Positions 21,087-30,004 of a stretch of DNA of 64,000 bases are shown here, piece by piece. The position numbers and the translations under genes are program-made. The notes below the pieces were generated by a model. It had not been told where the DNA came from and searched no databases. It worked only from the letters and a program-made list of their open reading frames with translations. The stretch comes from Barthelona sp. PAP020 (taxonomy: Eukaryota), in contig JARQWU010000022.1 of assembly GCA_040182905.1 (NCBI GenBank), forward strand, positions 1 through 64,000. Reading direction: 5' to 3'. Within the stretch, counting starts at the first letter, position 1. The number at the start of each line of letters is the position of its first letter.

Positions 21087-24000
21087 TTATAACAATAAAG
21101 CCAACAAAGAAAAAATCAAAACAAATAATGTTGGGAAACTTAACGTCCAACCCCATGAACCAACATCTGTTGGGTCACCAAAATCAGGATGATCAAAGCA
21201 TTTTGAAATTCTGTCATAGCAAATTTCTGTGTCAGGACATTTGTAAGGTTGAGTAATATTACATTGGAAAATGGCAAAATCTTTTGTAACAAAAGCAACA
21301 ACACCTGTTTCTGCTAATGTGGCAACATAAAAGCCATTTGAATCTTTTGAAACATCAGAATTTACACAAGCAAATCCTGTACCATTTTCATAATCAACAA
21401 CTTTTGCAAGACACACATCCGAATTTGCATATTGAGGTGTTTCTGTTGGTGGGAATAATTTAAGAGTATAATTCATTATTTGCCTTGAAGATAATTCAAC
21501 AGTAGGTGTAATTTTCAAAACTGGTGATAAAATTCCACTTGTGTTGTATGAAATATCATGGATTTCTGAATCTTCCAAACCACAAACTTCAATATTTGGG
21601 GTAGTTCCATCCTTTCCTAATATTGAAGTTCCTGGAATAACTAAATTGCCTAAAGTATAATTAGAATCAAATAAAGAAGTTATGTTAACATTCAAATTCT
21701 TATAAGAAGCCCTACTAATATTAAAACATGATGTTTTAACAGTATAAGGCGCTGGATGATCACAAAAACCCTGGCCCTCCACACAAGTACCATTAAAGCA
21801 CTTAAATTCCTTTCCATCTGAACAGTCACCATGACATTCTTCTCCTTTTTCAGAACAAATTCCATTATCACACAAAACAGGATAATCGAGAGGACATCCA
21901 TTTGTTGCTGGACATCCAACACTATCATCACGACATTCTCCATCATCACAACGAGTTTGATTTGTGGCACAAGCAGGACCTTCATCTGTACCGTCAGCAT
22001 TACATGTATCATACATTCCAATACATGTTCCATTCCAACACCTTTTCGGTGCACCAACAGGACATGCTTGAACAGCATCACAATCAGTTATTGTATTGGC
22101 ACAACTGCCATCTGAACAAACAACTAAGTTTTGATTTTCACATGAGGTTCGGTAACGATCAATACATTCTTGAGGTGTTTCGGCACAACGACCATCATAA
22201 CAATTAAAAGGAGTGTCTCCACGGCAAGATCCGGTTCCACCATCACCACGGCCACCCCAGCCGCTTGAAGTTGGACCATCAGTTCCATTAATCCAACCAC
22301 CACCGCCTAAGTAATAAGATATATTTGATTGTTTGCTACCAATAACAGTAGCTGTTTTATTGGTACCTCCCCAAACATAAGAGGAGTAATTACCACCAGA
22401 TCCGCCCCAATAATAAGCAGGACAATTACTTGCATCAGAAACACAAGCTTTATTACTGCACATAATGGGAGCATCAACGGGACAAGATGTATAACCACAA
22501 GCCTCACTTGTTTTTGCACAAACTTTATTAGTACAACGAATAGGCGTTTCATCAGGACATTGCCATGTTGTTCCACAGTCATCATAGGAAACGACTTGCG
22601 TTCCATCTGCACAGGTAATCCAAGTATCGTTATTACAAACAATAACAGGTACACATGTGGTAGGATCAGAAACGCATACACCATTTGCACATTGATAGTA
22701 ACCAATATCGGTACAACCATTAGTTTGAGGACAAGTTTGAGAAGTTTTAACGCATGCACCATTAGAACAACGATCAGGGTAATCTGAAGGACAAGAATCT
22801 CTGTCTGAACAAGAATCAGGATCTTCGTAACACAAACCATCAGGACATAAGAAAGGTTTTAAATATGTACAACCATTACCCAATTTACAAGTAGATTCAT
22901 CAGCGACACATGTTCCATCAGGACAACGAGTCGGAACATTCGAAGGACAACCGTTGCACAAAACAGTTTGGCTAGTACAATATGAAGAATCTTCAACACA
23001 CAATCCATCGTCACATTTATGTGGTGTACGACTTGGACAACCATTAACTAAATTACAATCACTTAGATCAGCGACACATAATCCTTGAAGATCTCCAGAA
23101 GAACAATAATATGGTCTATTTGGGGGACAAAGTGCACTATCGTTTCTTGTTGGTTGAACACCACAAGTCCAAGGAAAAATTGCAGGACATAACTCAATTG
23201 TTTCAACACAATCACCATTTCCACACAAAACAGGACGCTCTGAAGGACACCAACCGCTACTCTCTACAATAGGTGGACATTCAGACAGGTCGTCAGTACA
23301 ATAACCATTTGGACAACGTAAACGTCTATCAGGGTCAGGACATGTCCAAGGATTGGGACATTTAGTTTTATCTGCGACACAAACACCAACTTCACAAAGA
23401 TAAGGATTGTCTGTTGTGCAACCATTAGGTTCAGGGCATGTTGTCCCTTCAGTCACACAAGCACCAGAATATTCACAAAAAGTTTTTCCAGAAGCGCAAC
23501 TTGCAGGTTGAAGACATTTGCCTTCAGCTTGAACACAAGAACCATCACGACATCTGTGAGTAGCATGAGAAGGACAAAAACTATCAGTTCCTCCAAGAAC
23601 AGGACAAGATTCGACGGAAATACGACATTGACCAGCAACACGTGTTGGATGTTCTGGACAACGAGAACTGGCATCTGGAGGGCAAGGGCATTCATCATAG
23701 GTTTTAGCACATGATGCATCCCAACATGAAATATAGCCATCAGGACATGATTTATCTTCACAATCTAAAGCACAAGCTTTACATTCACCATTAGGACACA
23801 TATAAGGAAGTCCTTCTTGAGAACAATTCCATTGACGTACACATGGTTGAGTAATAGCTGTGCACGTTCCATCAGGACAATAACGTGCTGAACCTTCAAT
23901 TTCTGGACAACATAATGAAGGATAAGCAACACAATCACCACTATTTGGATCTCCAATTTCTCCATAACATTTAAAAGGTTTATCACTTGAACATTGTGTA

Positions 24001-24155
24001 CCAACACTTGGACAACGGCCATCTTCAACACATCTTGGCGGATCATAATAATTACAAACTGAAGTGCCTGTTGCACAATAAATTTCAGCGAAAATAGGGA
24101 CAAATAACAAATTTAGTACTCCTAAAAATATCAGAATTCCCCTAATCAAAACCAT
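21087..24155 (-). CDS. Cysteine-rich repeat surface protein (signal peptide, probable GPI or C-terminal membrane anchor)
   Basis: Hydrophobic N-terminus, many CPxxxPxxCxxGxCV repeats, and a hydrophobic C-terminus with no cytosolic tail. Confidence 0.9.
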   Translation of the reverse strand: MVLIRGILIFLGVLNLLFVPIFAEIYCATGTSVCNYYDPPRCVEDGRCPSVGTQCSSDKPFKCYGEIGDPNSGDCVAYPSLCCPEIEGSARYCPDGTCTAITQPCVRQWNCSQEGLPYMCPNGECKACALDCEDKSCPDGYISCWDASCAKTYDECPCPPDASSRCPEHPTRVAGQCRISVESCPVLGGTDSFCPSHATHRCRDGSCVQAEGKCLQPASCASGKTFCEYSGACVTEGTTCPEPNGCTTDNPYLCEVGVCVADKTKCPNPWTCPDPDRRLRCPNGYCTDDLSECPPIVESSGWCPSERPVLCGNGDCVETIELCPAIFPWTCGVQPTRNDSALCPPNRPYYCSSGDLQGLCVADLSDCNLVNGCPSRTPHKCDDGLCVEDSSYCTSQTVLCNGCPSNVPTRCPDGTCVADESTCKLGNGCTYLKPFLCPDGLCYEDPDSCSDRDSCPSDYPDRCSNGACVKTSQTCPQTNGCTDIGYYQCANGVCVSDPTTCVPVIVCNNDTWITCADGTQVVSYDDCGTTWQCPDETPIRCTNKVCAKTSEACGYTSCPVDAPIMCSNKACVSDASNCPAYYWGGSGGNYSSYVWGGTNKTATVIGSKQSNISYYLGGGGWINGTDGPTSSGWGGRGDGGTGSCRGDTPFNCYDGRCAETPQECIDRYRTSCENQNLVVCSDGSCANTITDCDAVQACPVGAPKRCWNGTCIGMYDTCNADGTDEGPACATNQTRCDDGECRDDSVGCPATNGCPLDYPVLCDNGICSEKGEECHGDCSDGKEFKCFNGTCVEGQGFCDHPAPYTVKTSCFNISRASYKNLNVNITSLFDSNYTLGNLVIPGTSILGKDGTTPNIEVCGLEDSEIHDISYNTSGILSPVLKITPTVELSSRQIMNYTLKLFPPTETPQYANSDVCLAKVVDYENGTGFACVNSDVSKDSNGFYVATLAETGVVAFVTKDFAIFQCNITQPYKCPDTEICYDRISKCFDHPDFGDPTDVGSWGWTLSFPTLFVLIFSLLALLL

Positions 24156-24276
24156 GAATGCAAAAAAAAATTAGAAAATTGGAAAAATTCCCCTCTATGC
24201 CAAATAAATTATTTTATCAATAAAAGATGATCATAAATTTATAAACTATACATTTGTCAAAAGACAAAAAAAAAAA

Positions 24277-24723
24277 TTAAAAAGGCAAGGAAATGAAACT
24301 TGATTTTGATTGTTCTCCCAAAATAGCTTGATTAACCAAAACATTCAGTTCATTTTCTGCCACAAAACCCGTAAGACCCTTCGAATCAAGTCTTGTTCCA
24401 GGTCTCGCAATAGTAACCGTTCTCTTTTTTGATTCTACTGTATTTTCTGTTGTTTCTGTTGAATAAAAAACACTAAAAAAAGGAGAAGTGTGTATTTTAA
24501 AGTTTTGAATGGCTAATTTTAATTGTGGATCTTTTTCTTCAAGATCAATGGCATAAATTTTCAAAGAATCAGTTTCTCTTGTTCTTTTAACATTTAAAAA
24601 ACGTTCGTATATGTGATTCATCATAGGTTGGTCTTTATCGAACCAACCAACAATAACAATTGAAACTTCGGTGTTTTGTAAAGATTCTCTCACTAATTCC
24701 CAATTATCACACACAATTTCCAT
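24277..24723 (-). CDS. Small protein with probable thioredoxin-like fold, no CxxC
   Basis: First ATG is at 24723, after a T-tract. The pattern IVIVGWF...IYAIDLE...FKIHTSPFFSVFY fits thioredoxin strands and the cis-Pro. Confidence 0.55.
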   Translation of the reverse strand: MEIVCDNWELVRESLQNTEVSIVIVGWFDKDQPMMNHIYERFLNVKRTRETDSLKIYAIDLEEKDPQLKLAIQNFKIHTSPFFSVFYSTETTENTVESKKRTVTIARPGTRLDSKGLTGFVAENELNVLVNQAILGEQSKSSFISLPF

Positions 24724-24783
24724 GACAAAATAAGATTCAATACAAAAAAATAAGACTACTTCATTTACAATATATAATTTCAA

Positions 24784-26319
24784 CTAATTATTTTCAACAA
24801 CTGCTTTACCAGTAATTACTGGAAAAGGAGGCACATGATTATGATGTTGAACATAAGAACTTGAAATACCCCCCGACCAATGAGGTGTTTTTTTGGGTTG
24901 TAATTGAGAATTTGTTAAATCGGCTTTATAATATCTGTATGCAATTGTAGAAGCACTGTCCAAATCAATATTATCATTAACATTGGAAGTGGTTCTGCTT
25001 GGATTACTGGAAGGTATGGGAGTATACGATTTAAATCTCTTGGCAATATTTTCAGGAACTTTGAAATTTTTGTGAATTTGAGCAATCTGAGACACAGGTC
25101 TCCGTTCTCCCCAACCTTTTGGCAATTCTTCCTTTCGTAAATTTGATGTAAAAATAGAAAAATCTTTGTCAAATGAACTTTGTCTTTCAACAGGTTTTAT
25201 ATCTTGTGGTTTGGGAACTTTATCCAAATTAACAAAGATATCTTCATCATTAAACTCAATCGGCCTTGGAATACCATTCGAATTAATTTCGAATGCACCT
25301 GGACTATCTAATTCCGTTTCAAAAGGGTGTTCTTTGGACAAATTCTTCAAATTTTGAAGATTATTTGGTGAAGAAGTTTCAATTTTATTTTTAACAGCTT
25401 CCATTGTATCTAACATCACACGTTCAGATCGTCTAATTGCAGTACGATAATGAACTAGCTTTCTTGCTTCTTCAGGATACAATTGAAACAACGTAGCATC
25501 ATATGACGCAAAATGATCTTCAAAATCTTGTTCTAGATTGTTTAATTTGTCAAGTTGGCTTTCTACATATCGTCTTTCCCTCGAAGCATTGATTTTCGAC
25601 AATAATTTTGGAGTGGTTTTTTCAAGACTGCCTACGAATTTATTTCTTCTTTTTCTTGACGAATTCAATTGATCTACACCTGCATCAAATATCATTTGAG
25701 AATTAATAACTTCATGTAAAGGCTTTTTCAAATCAAATGCATCTGAATTCATTTTCTTAATTCTGTTAACTAAAGCTAACGTATGAGCAACAGGCCTAAC
25801 AGTGCTGACTGCCAATTCATGGGAAGGAAATAGTGAGATATCTTTTAAAGCCTTCTCAGCTTTTTCAGCTGTAATACCAAGCAACTTATCATCATTCGGG
25901 GCTGCAACAAGTATAGAATTCATAATAGGTTCAATGGAAACATTATGAACACGTTTTCCAAAATTGTCAAAATCAACTTGAGGCGCATCATAATTTTTCG
26001 AATTGATATGTTCAAATTGATGACGCTTATCCCCTCGATATAATAACGGATTGTATAAAGGATCATTTACTTCAGATAATTTTGGAAATAAATAATCATC
26101 ATCTGGATTATCAAATTTCTTTTTGTAAAATTCTTCGATTTCTTTCACATTCTTCAAATCTTCCTTTTTTTGATAACTAACAACTTGTTTTACTGGAACA
26201 CCATTCTTTACTTGTATTCTACGTTCTTCAGATTTTTGAATAAAATGATTTAAAGAAGCTTTCTCTGGTTGTGGTGATATACTTCTTTCAAAACTACCCA
26301 ATTTCTTTGACTTGTACAT
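24784..26319 (-). CDS. Hypothetical hydrophilic protein
   Basis: 511-aa ATG-initiated ORF, head-to-head with the SNF2 gene. No recognisable domain. Confidence 0.7.
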   Translation of the reverse strand: MYKSKKLGSFERSISPQPEKASLNHFIQKSEERRIQVKNGVPVKQVVSYQKKEDLKNVKEIEEFYKKKFDNPDDDYLFPKLSEVNDPLYNPLLYRGDKRHQFEHINSKNYDAPQVDFDNFGKRVHNVSIEPIMNSILVAAPNDDKLLGITAEKAEKALKDISLFPSHELAVSTVRPVAHTLALVNRIKKMNSDAFDLKKPLHEVINSQMIFDAGVDQLNSSRKRRNKFVGSLEKTTPKLLSKINASRERRYVESQLDKLNNLEQDFEDHFASYDATLFQLYPEEARKLVHYRTAIRRSERVMLDTMEAVKNKIETSSPNNLQNLKNLSKEHPFETELDSPGAFEINSNGIPRPIEFNDEDIFVNLDKVPKPQDIKPVERQSSFDKDFSIFTSNLRKEELPKGWGERRPVSQIAQIHKNFKVPENIAKRFKSYTPIPSSNPSRTTSNVNDNIDLDSASTIAYRYYKADLTNSQLQPKKTPHWSGGISSSYVQHHNHVPPFPVITGKAVVENN

Positions 26320-26403
26320 GTTTCTTTTTCATAAATAAGTGTGGATAAAAAGAAAAAACAATCAAAAAATTCTTTTGTTCACATTGTTTTTTGTTTTTCA
26401 AGT

Positions 26404-28650
26404 ATGCGACCTCGTCAAAAAAAAGATTTAGATGAAGAATTGCTGATTTATGAAAAACAAAAAGAAGAATTTCAAGATGTTGGATCTGATGAAGAATATG
26501 AAGATGAAAATAACTTGGAAACGAACAAGCGTAGAGGTTTTTCAAAACTTGAAAATTTGTTAACTCAATTTCAGGCCAAACAAGATGATCGAGAAGCTTC
26601 CATAGTCATTGACATTGATGACAAACAAACATTGAAACGAGAAGTCTCCGAATCAACTGATTTTATATTTGATGAAGAAAGTAAAGAAATAAAATTGCCA
26701 AACAGAATCGAAAGTGTCAAACCTGAATTGAAAGAACCCACATTTCAAAAAGTAAAGCTGGAAACAATGCGTACTACATCTGCACCACCCAAACTTTTGG
26801 AAGAAGAAGAAGAAGAAGAAGAAGAAGAAGAAGATTATGATATGCAGGTTTTATTTGATAAAATTACACATCAATCTGAATCATTACTTACCCGTTTGAC
26901 CGATGCATTAAGCGAATTGGATAACGCATCTGTAGATGTTCCAAAAACTTTGAGATGTGACTTAAAAGCACATCAAATAATCGGTTTATATTGGTTAAGA
27001 TTATTGTATCGAAATGGTATTAATGGGATTTTAGCAGATGAAATGGGATTAGGAAAAACTGTTCAAACTATTGCATTTTTAACCTGGCTAACCGAAAATC
27101 GAAAGAAGTATGAACCCAAACTATCATTAATTGTGGTGCCGCCATCTACTTTGGAGAATTGGGCCCGAGAAATGATAATGTTTTCGCCAAATCTAATAGG
27201 CATGATTTGTAGAGGTGATATTGATCAAAGAAGTCGTTTTTATACGATATGTAACACAATGATACGTCAAAAGGAGCTAGATTACATCATAACTACATAT
27301 TCTTGCTTGCAATCTGACATTGATAAAAGGTTTTTAAGAAATATCCCAGTAAATTATTTGATTTTGGATGAAGCTCAATATATTAAGAATTCTCAGACAA
27401 ACCGTTTCAAGTATTTGAATTTGGTTACCTCAAATAAAAAATTGCTTTTGACAGGTACTCCTTTAAATAATAATTTAACTGAAATATTCAATCTTTTGAA
27501 ATTTTTGATGCCAGATGTTTTTGTTACAAACCGTGATTTTATGAAATATTTGATGAAAAATGAAAATCAATTGGATATTTCAAGGTTGCAGTTGATATTG
27601 AAACCTTTTATTCTTCGAAGACTTAAAGCTGATGTTTGTCAAGAATTGCCACCAAAGAAGATTGTGGAAGTTGTTGTTGAATTACCAGAAAAGCAAAAGA
27701 CTTGTTATACCACCTTAATTGAAGAAAAACGATTAATTTGGAAGCAATTAAGAGAAAAGAAGATTGATGGAACCATGAAACAAGGAGAGAGTAGTGGAGT
27801 ATCTCAAAACATTTTCATGGATTTAAGAAAAATGGCTAATCATTGTTTATTATTTAGAAGCAGATATTTGGATGAGGAATTGATTACAATTGCTCAAATT
27901 ATTGCTAAACTTTCAGTTGTTGCAATGAGAGCTATCAATAGACAATTTGGTGATCCTGAATATGGTGCTGCTAGTGTTAGAGAAATTGCTGCAACGTTGT
28001 CTGCCAAATCAGACTTTCAAATACACAGTTTAATATTACAATTGTTAGAAATGCCTGAATTAAAAAAGCATGCCAAAGTCCTAAAACCACTTTTAATTGA
28101 AAAAACAGCTTTTTTGGAAGAAGGTGGTAAATTAATAGAGATTGTGAAAATCATAAAGAAATATGAGGATACGCAAAGAAAAATTCTTGTCTTTTCACAG
28201 AGTACCAAAGTTTTAGATATAATTGAAATTGTTTTTCAACAGAAAGAAATTTTATATTTGAGATTTGATGGTTCAACTCCAACTATGAAAAGACAGCAAT
28301 TAATTGATCAATTTAACAATTCTGACAATTATAAAGTCTTTTTGCTTAGTACAAAAGCTGCTGGTTTAGGTGTTAATCTCACTTCTGCTTCTATTGTTGT
28401 TTTTCATGACATGGATTTTAATCCCTCAAACGATAATCAAGCAATTGATAGATGTCATCGTATTGGACAAATAAATCCAGAAGTATTAATTTATAGATTG
28501 ATATCACAAGACACAGTAGATGTGAATATCTTGAAAACAGCAAAACAAAAACAAAAAATGAATGAAGAAATGCTCAATGAAGGAGAATTTAGAGATCAAA
28601 TTGAGGACGCTTTGGATGTTAAAAGTCTTTTGAATGAGATTTTTGATTAG
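26404..28650 (+). CDS. SMARCAD1: SNF2-family chromatin remodeller, Fun30/SMARCAD1 type
   Basis: GILADEMGLGKT, DEAQ, TGTPLNNNL, LRKMANHxLL and SDFQIH (Fun30 subfamily-like), QAIDRCHRIGQ. First ATG is at 26404. Confidence 0.85.
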   Translation: MRPRQKKDLDEELLIYEKQKEEFQDVGSDEEYEDENNLETNKRRGFSKLENLLTQFQAKQDDREASIVIDIDDKQTLKREVSESTDFIFDEESKEIKLPNRIESVKPELKEPTFQKVKLETMRTTSAPPKLLEEEEEEEEEEEDYDMQVLFDKITHQSESLLTRLTDALSELDNASVDVPKTLRCDLKAHQIIGLYWLRLLYRNGINGILADEMGLGKTVQTIAFLTWLTENRKKYEPKLSLIVVPPSTLENWAREMIMFSPNLIGMICRGDIDQRSRFYTICNTMIRQKELDYIITTYSCLQSDIDKRFLRNIPVNYLILDEAQYIKNSQTNRFKYLNLVTSNKKLLLTGTPLNNNLTEIFNLLKFLMPDVFVTNRDFMKYLMKNENQLDISRLQLILKPFILRRLKADVCQELPPKKIVEVVVELPEKQKTCYTTLIEEKRLIWKQLREKKIDGTMKQGESSGVSQNIFMDLRKMANHCLLFRSRYLDEELITIAQIIAKLSVVAMRAINRQFGDPEYGAASVREIAATLSAKSDFQIHSLILQLLEMPELKKHAKVLKPLLIEKTAFLEEGGKLIEIVKIIKKYEDTQRKILVFSQSTKVLDIIEIVFQQKEILYLRFDGSTPTMKRQQLIDQFNNSDNYKVFLLSTKAAGLGVNLTSASIVVFHDMDFNPSNDNQAIDRCHRIGQINPEVLIYRLISQDTVDVNILKTAKQKQKMNEEMLNEGEFRDQIEDALDVKSLLNEIFD
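26800..26832 (+). repeat. (GAA)11 trinucleotide repeat encoding poly-Glu
   Basis: Perfect GAA x11, in frame within the SNF2 N-terminus. Confidence 0.95.
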
Positions 28651-28887
28651 TTTCAATCAGGAAAAAACAACAATTGTTTTCACCAGGAGTTTCATACGTG
28701 GAAAAAAGAAAAACACATTTTTCCTTTGCTGCCATTCTATTGTTTGTTGAGCTTTTTCAATAACATCTTTTTGGTATTTGATTGGCTTATGTTGAACAAA
28801 AATTTTAGTTATAAATGAATATTCATTTTTTATGTTAACCATTCATTTTTTCATTCAAAAGAAAAAAACTAAAAGCCTTTATTGATA

Positions 28888-29961
28888 TTATCTCATCACA
28901 AACTGTTGTTGTGAATCAATTTCTCCATCCACAGCAAAATGTTTCAAAGTCAAATCGATCTTTAAGTCCCTTTTATTTTCATCATGTGCCTTCACATCAA
29001 TAGTACCCACAACAACATCTTCATCTTGAACAACAATGGGTTTTTCAAGATAAAACAATGTTTGTTTCCAATGTGTGTCATATTCAGGTGAAGTTGAAAA
29101 ATATTCTTTATTTTTCATCAAATCAAAGAAACAATCAAAGAAACCACAGATAACATGAATGATGGAATCATGATTGATATGAAAAACAAAACGTGAAAAA
29201 AAGTCACAATCTTCTTTTTTGCAAGTCAAAAGATTTAAATCCAAAACTTCACAAGGTTGAGATAATTGGGCATAATCGACTATATTTTCAATAATGGGAC
29301 TCATATTAGAATAAGGTTTTAAAGCACTAAAATTAAAGCCATAAATGTCATCCCAAAAATTCATAGTATCATCATGAAAAGCTTCATCAAAACAAGGAAC
29401 TAAAGCAATACGGGTTCTATTTGGTAATATTTTCCCATTTTCTTTGTCTAAATATTTATCACGAGCAAAAATTACACTAGGTAAAAAACCTTCATAAAGA
29501 AGGAAATATCCCATCCATTCAGAAATAATTATGTCCACCTTTTCAACACCCAAATCAACTTCTTCAATTTTACCATGAATAACAGTGATTTTATCAGAAA
29601 AATTATTGTCTTTAACTAGTTGTTCCGTAAATTTAGTTATTGTTGAAGCGTCAACAGCATAAACATGTTTTGCTCCAGCTCTAGCAGCAAAGAATGAAAG
29701 AATTCCAGTTCCACAACCAATGTCTAAGACAATTTTATCTTTAAACTCATCTTTATTAAGTTCAATAGCTCTTCGATAAGTTTCCGTTCTGACATGATCT
29801 CTGATCATTTGTTCATGAATATCTAAATTGGCATATGAATCAAAGTAATAATCTCTACTTGTTGTATCAAACATCATTTGACGTTGATCATTTGTTAATT
29901 TAGTATCTAAATCATTAATTATATTTGCCAAATCAATTTGATTTTCCTTATTGTCTGTCAT
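28888..29961 (-). CDS. PRMT1: Type I protein arginine N-methyltransferase (PRMT1-like)
   Basis: YFDSY, VLDIGCGTGILS, double-E loop IISEWMGYFLLYE, THW loop. Confidence 0.92.
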   Translation of the reverse strand: MTDNKENQIDLANIINDLDTKLTNDQRQMMFDTTSRDYYFDSYANLDIHEQMIRDHVRTETYRRAIELNKDEFKDKIVLDIGCGTGILSFFAARAGAKHVYAVDASTITKFTEQLVKDNNFSDKITVIHGKIEEVDLGVEKVDIIISEWMGYFLLYEGFLPSVIFARDKYLDKENGKILPNRTRIALVPCFDEAFHDDTMNFWDDIYGFNFSALKPYSNMSPIIENIVDYAQLSQPCEVLDLNLLTCKKEDCDFFSRFVFHINHDSIIHVICGFFDCFFDLMKNKEYFSTSPEYDTHWKQTLFYLEKPIVVQDEDVVVGTIDVKAHDENKRDLKIDLTLKHFAVDGEIDSQQQFVMR

Positions 29962-30004
29962 GGGAAAATAAATTTGGGAAATTTTTTTTTTTTGTCATGT
30001 AACA
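29962..30004. promoter_or_regulatory. 43-bp bidirectional promoter / 5'-UTR spacer (PRMT1 and ALG3-like)
   Basis: Two divergent ATGs 43 bp apart, each with a T-run upstream on its own strand. Confidence 0.6.

Noticed and set aside
21692..24103. Many overlapping and antisense ORFs within the Cys-rich gene
   Set aside because: They are shadows of the GC-richer, repetitive coding strand and have no independent motifs.
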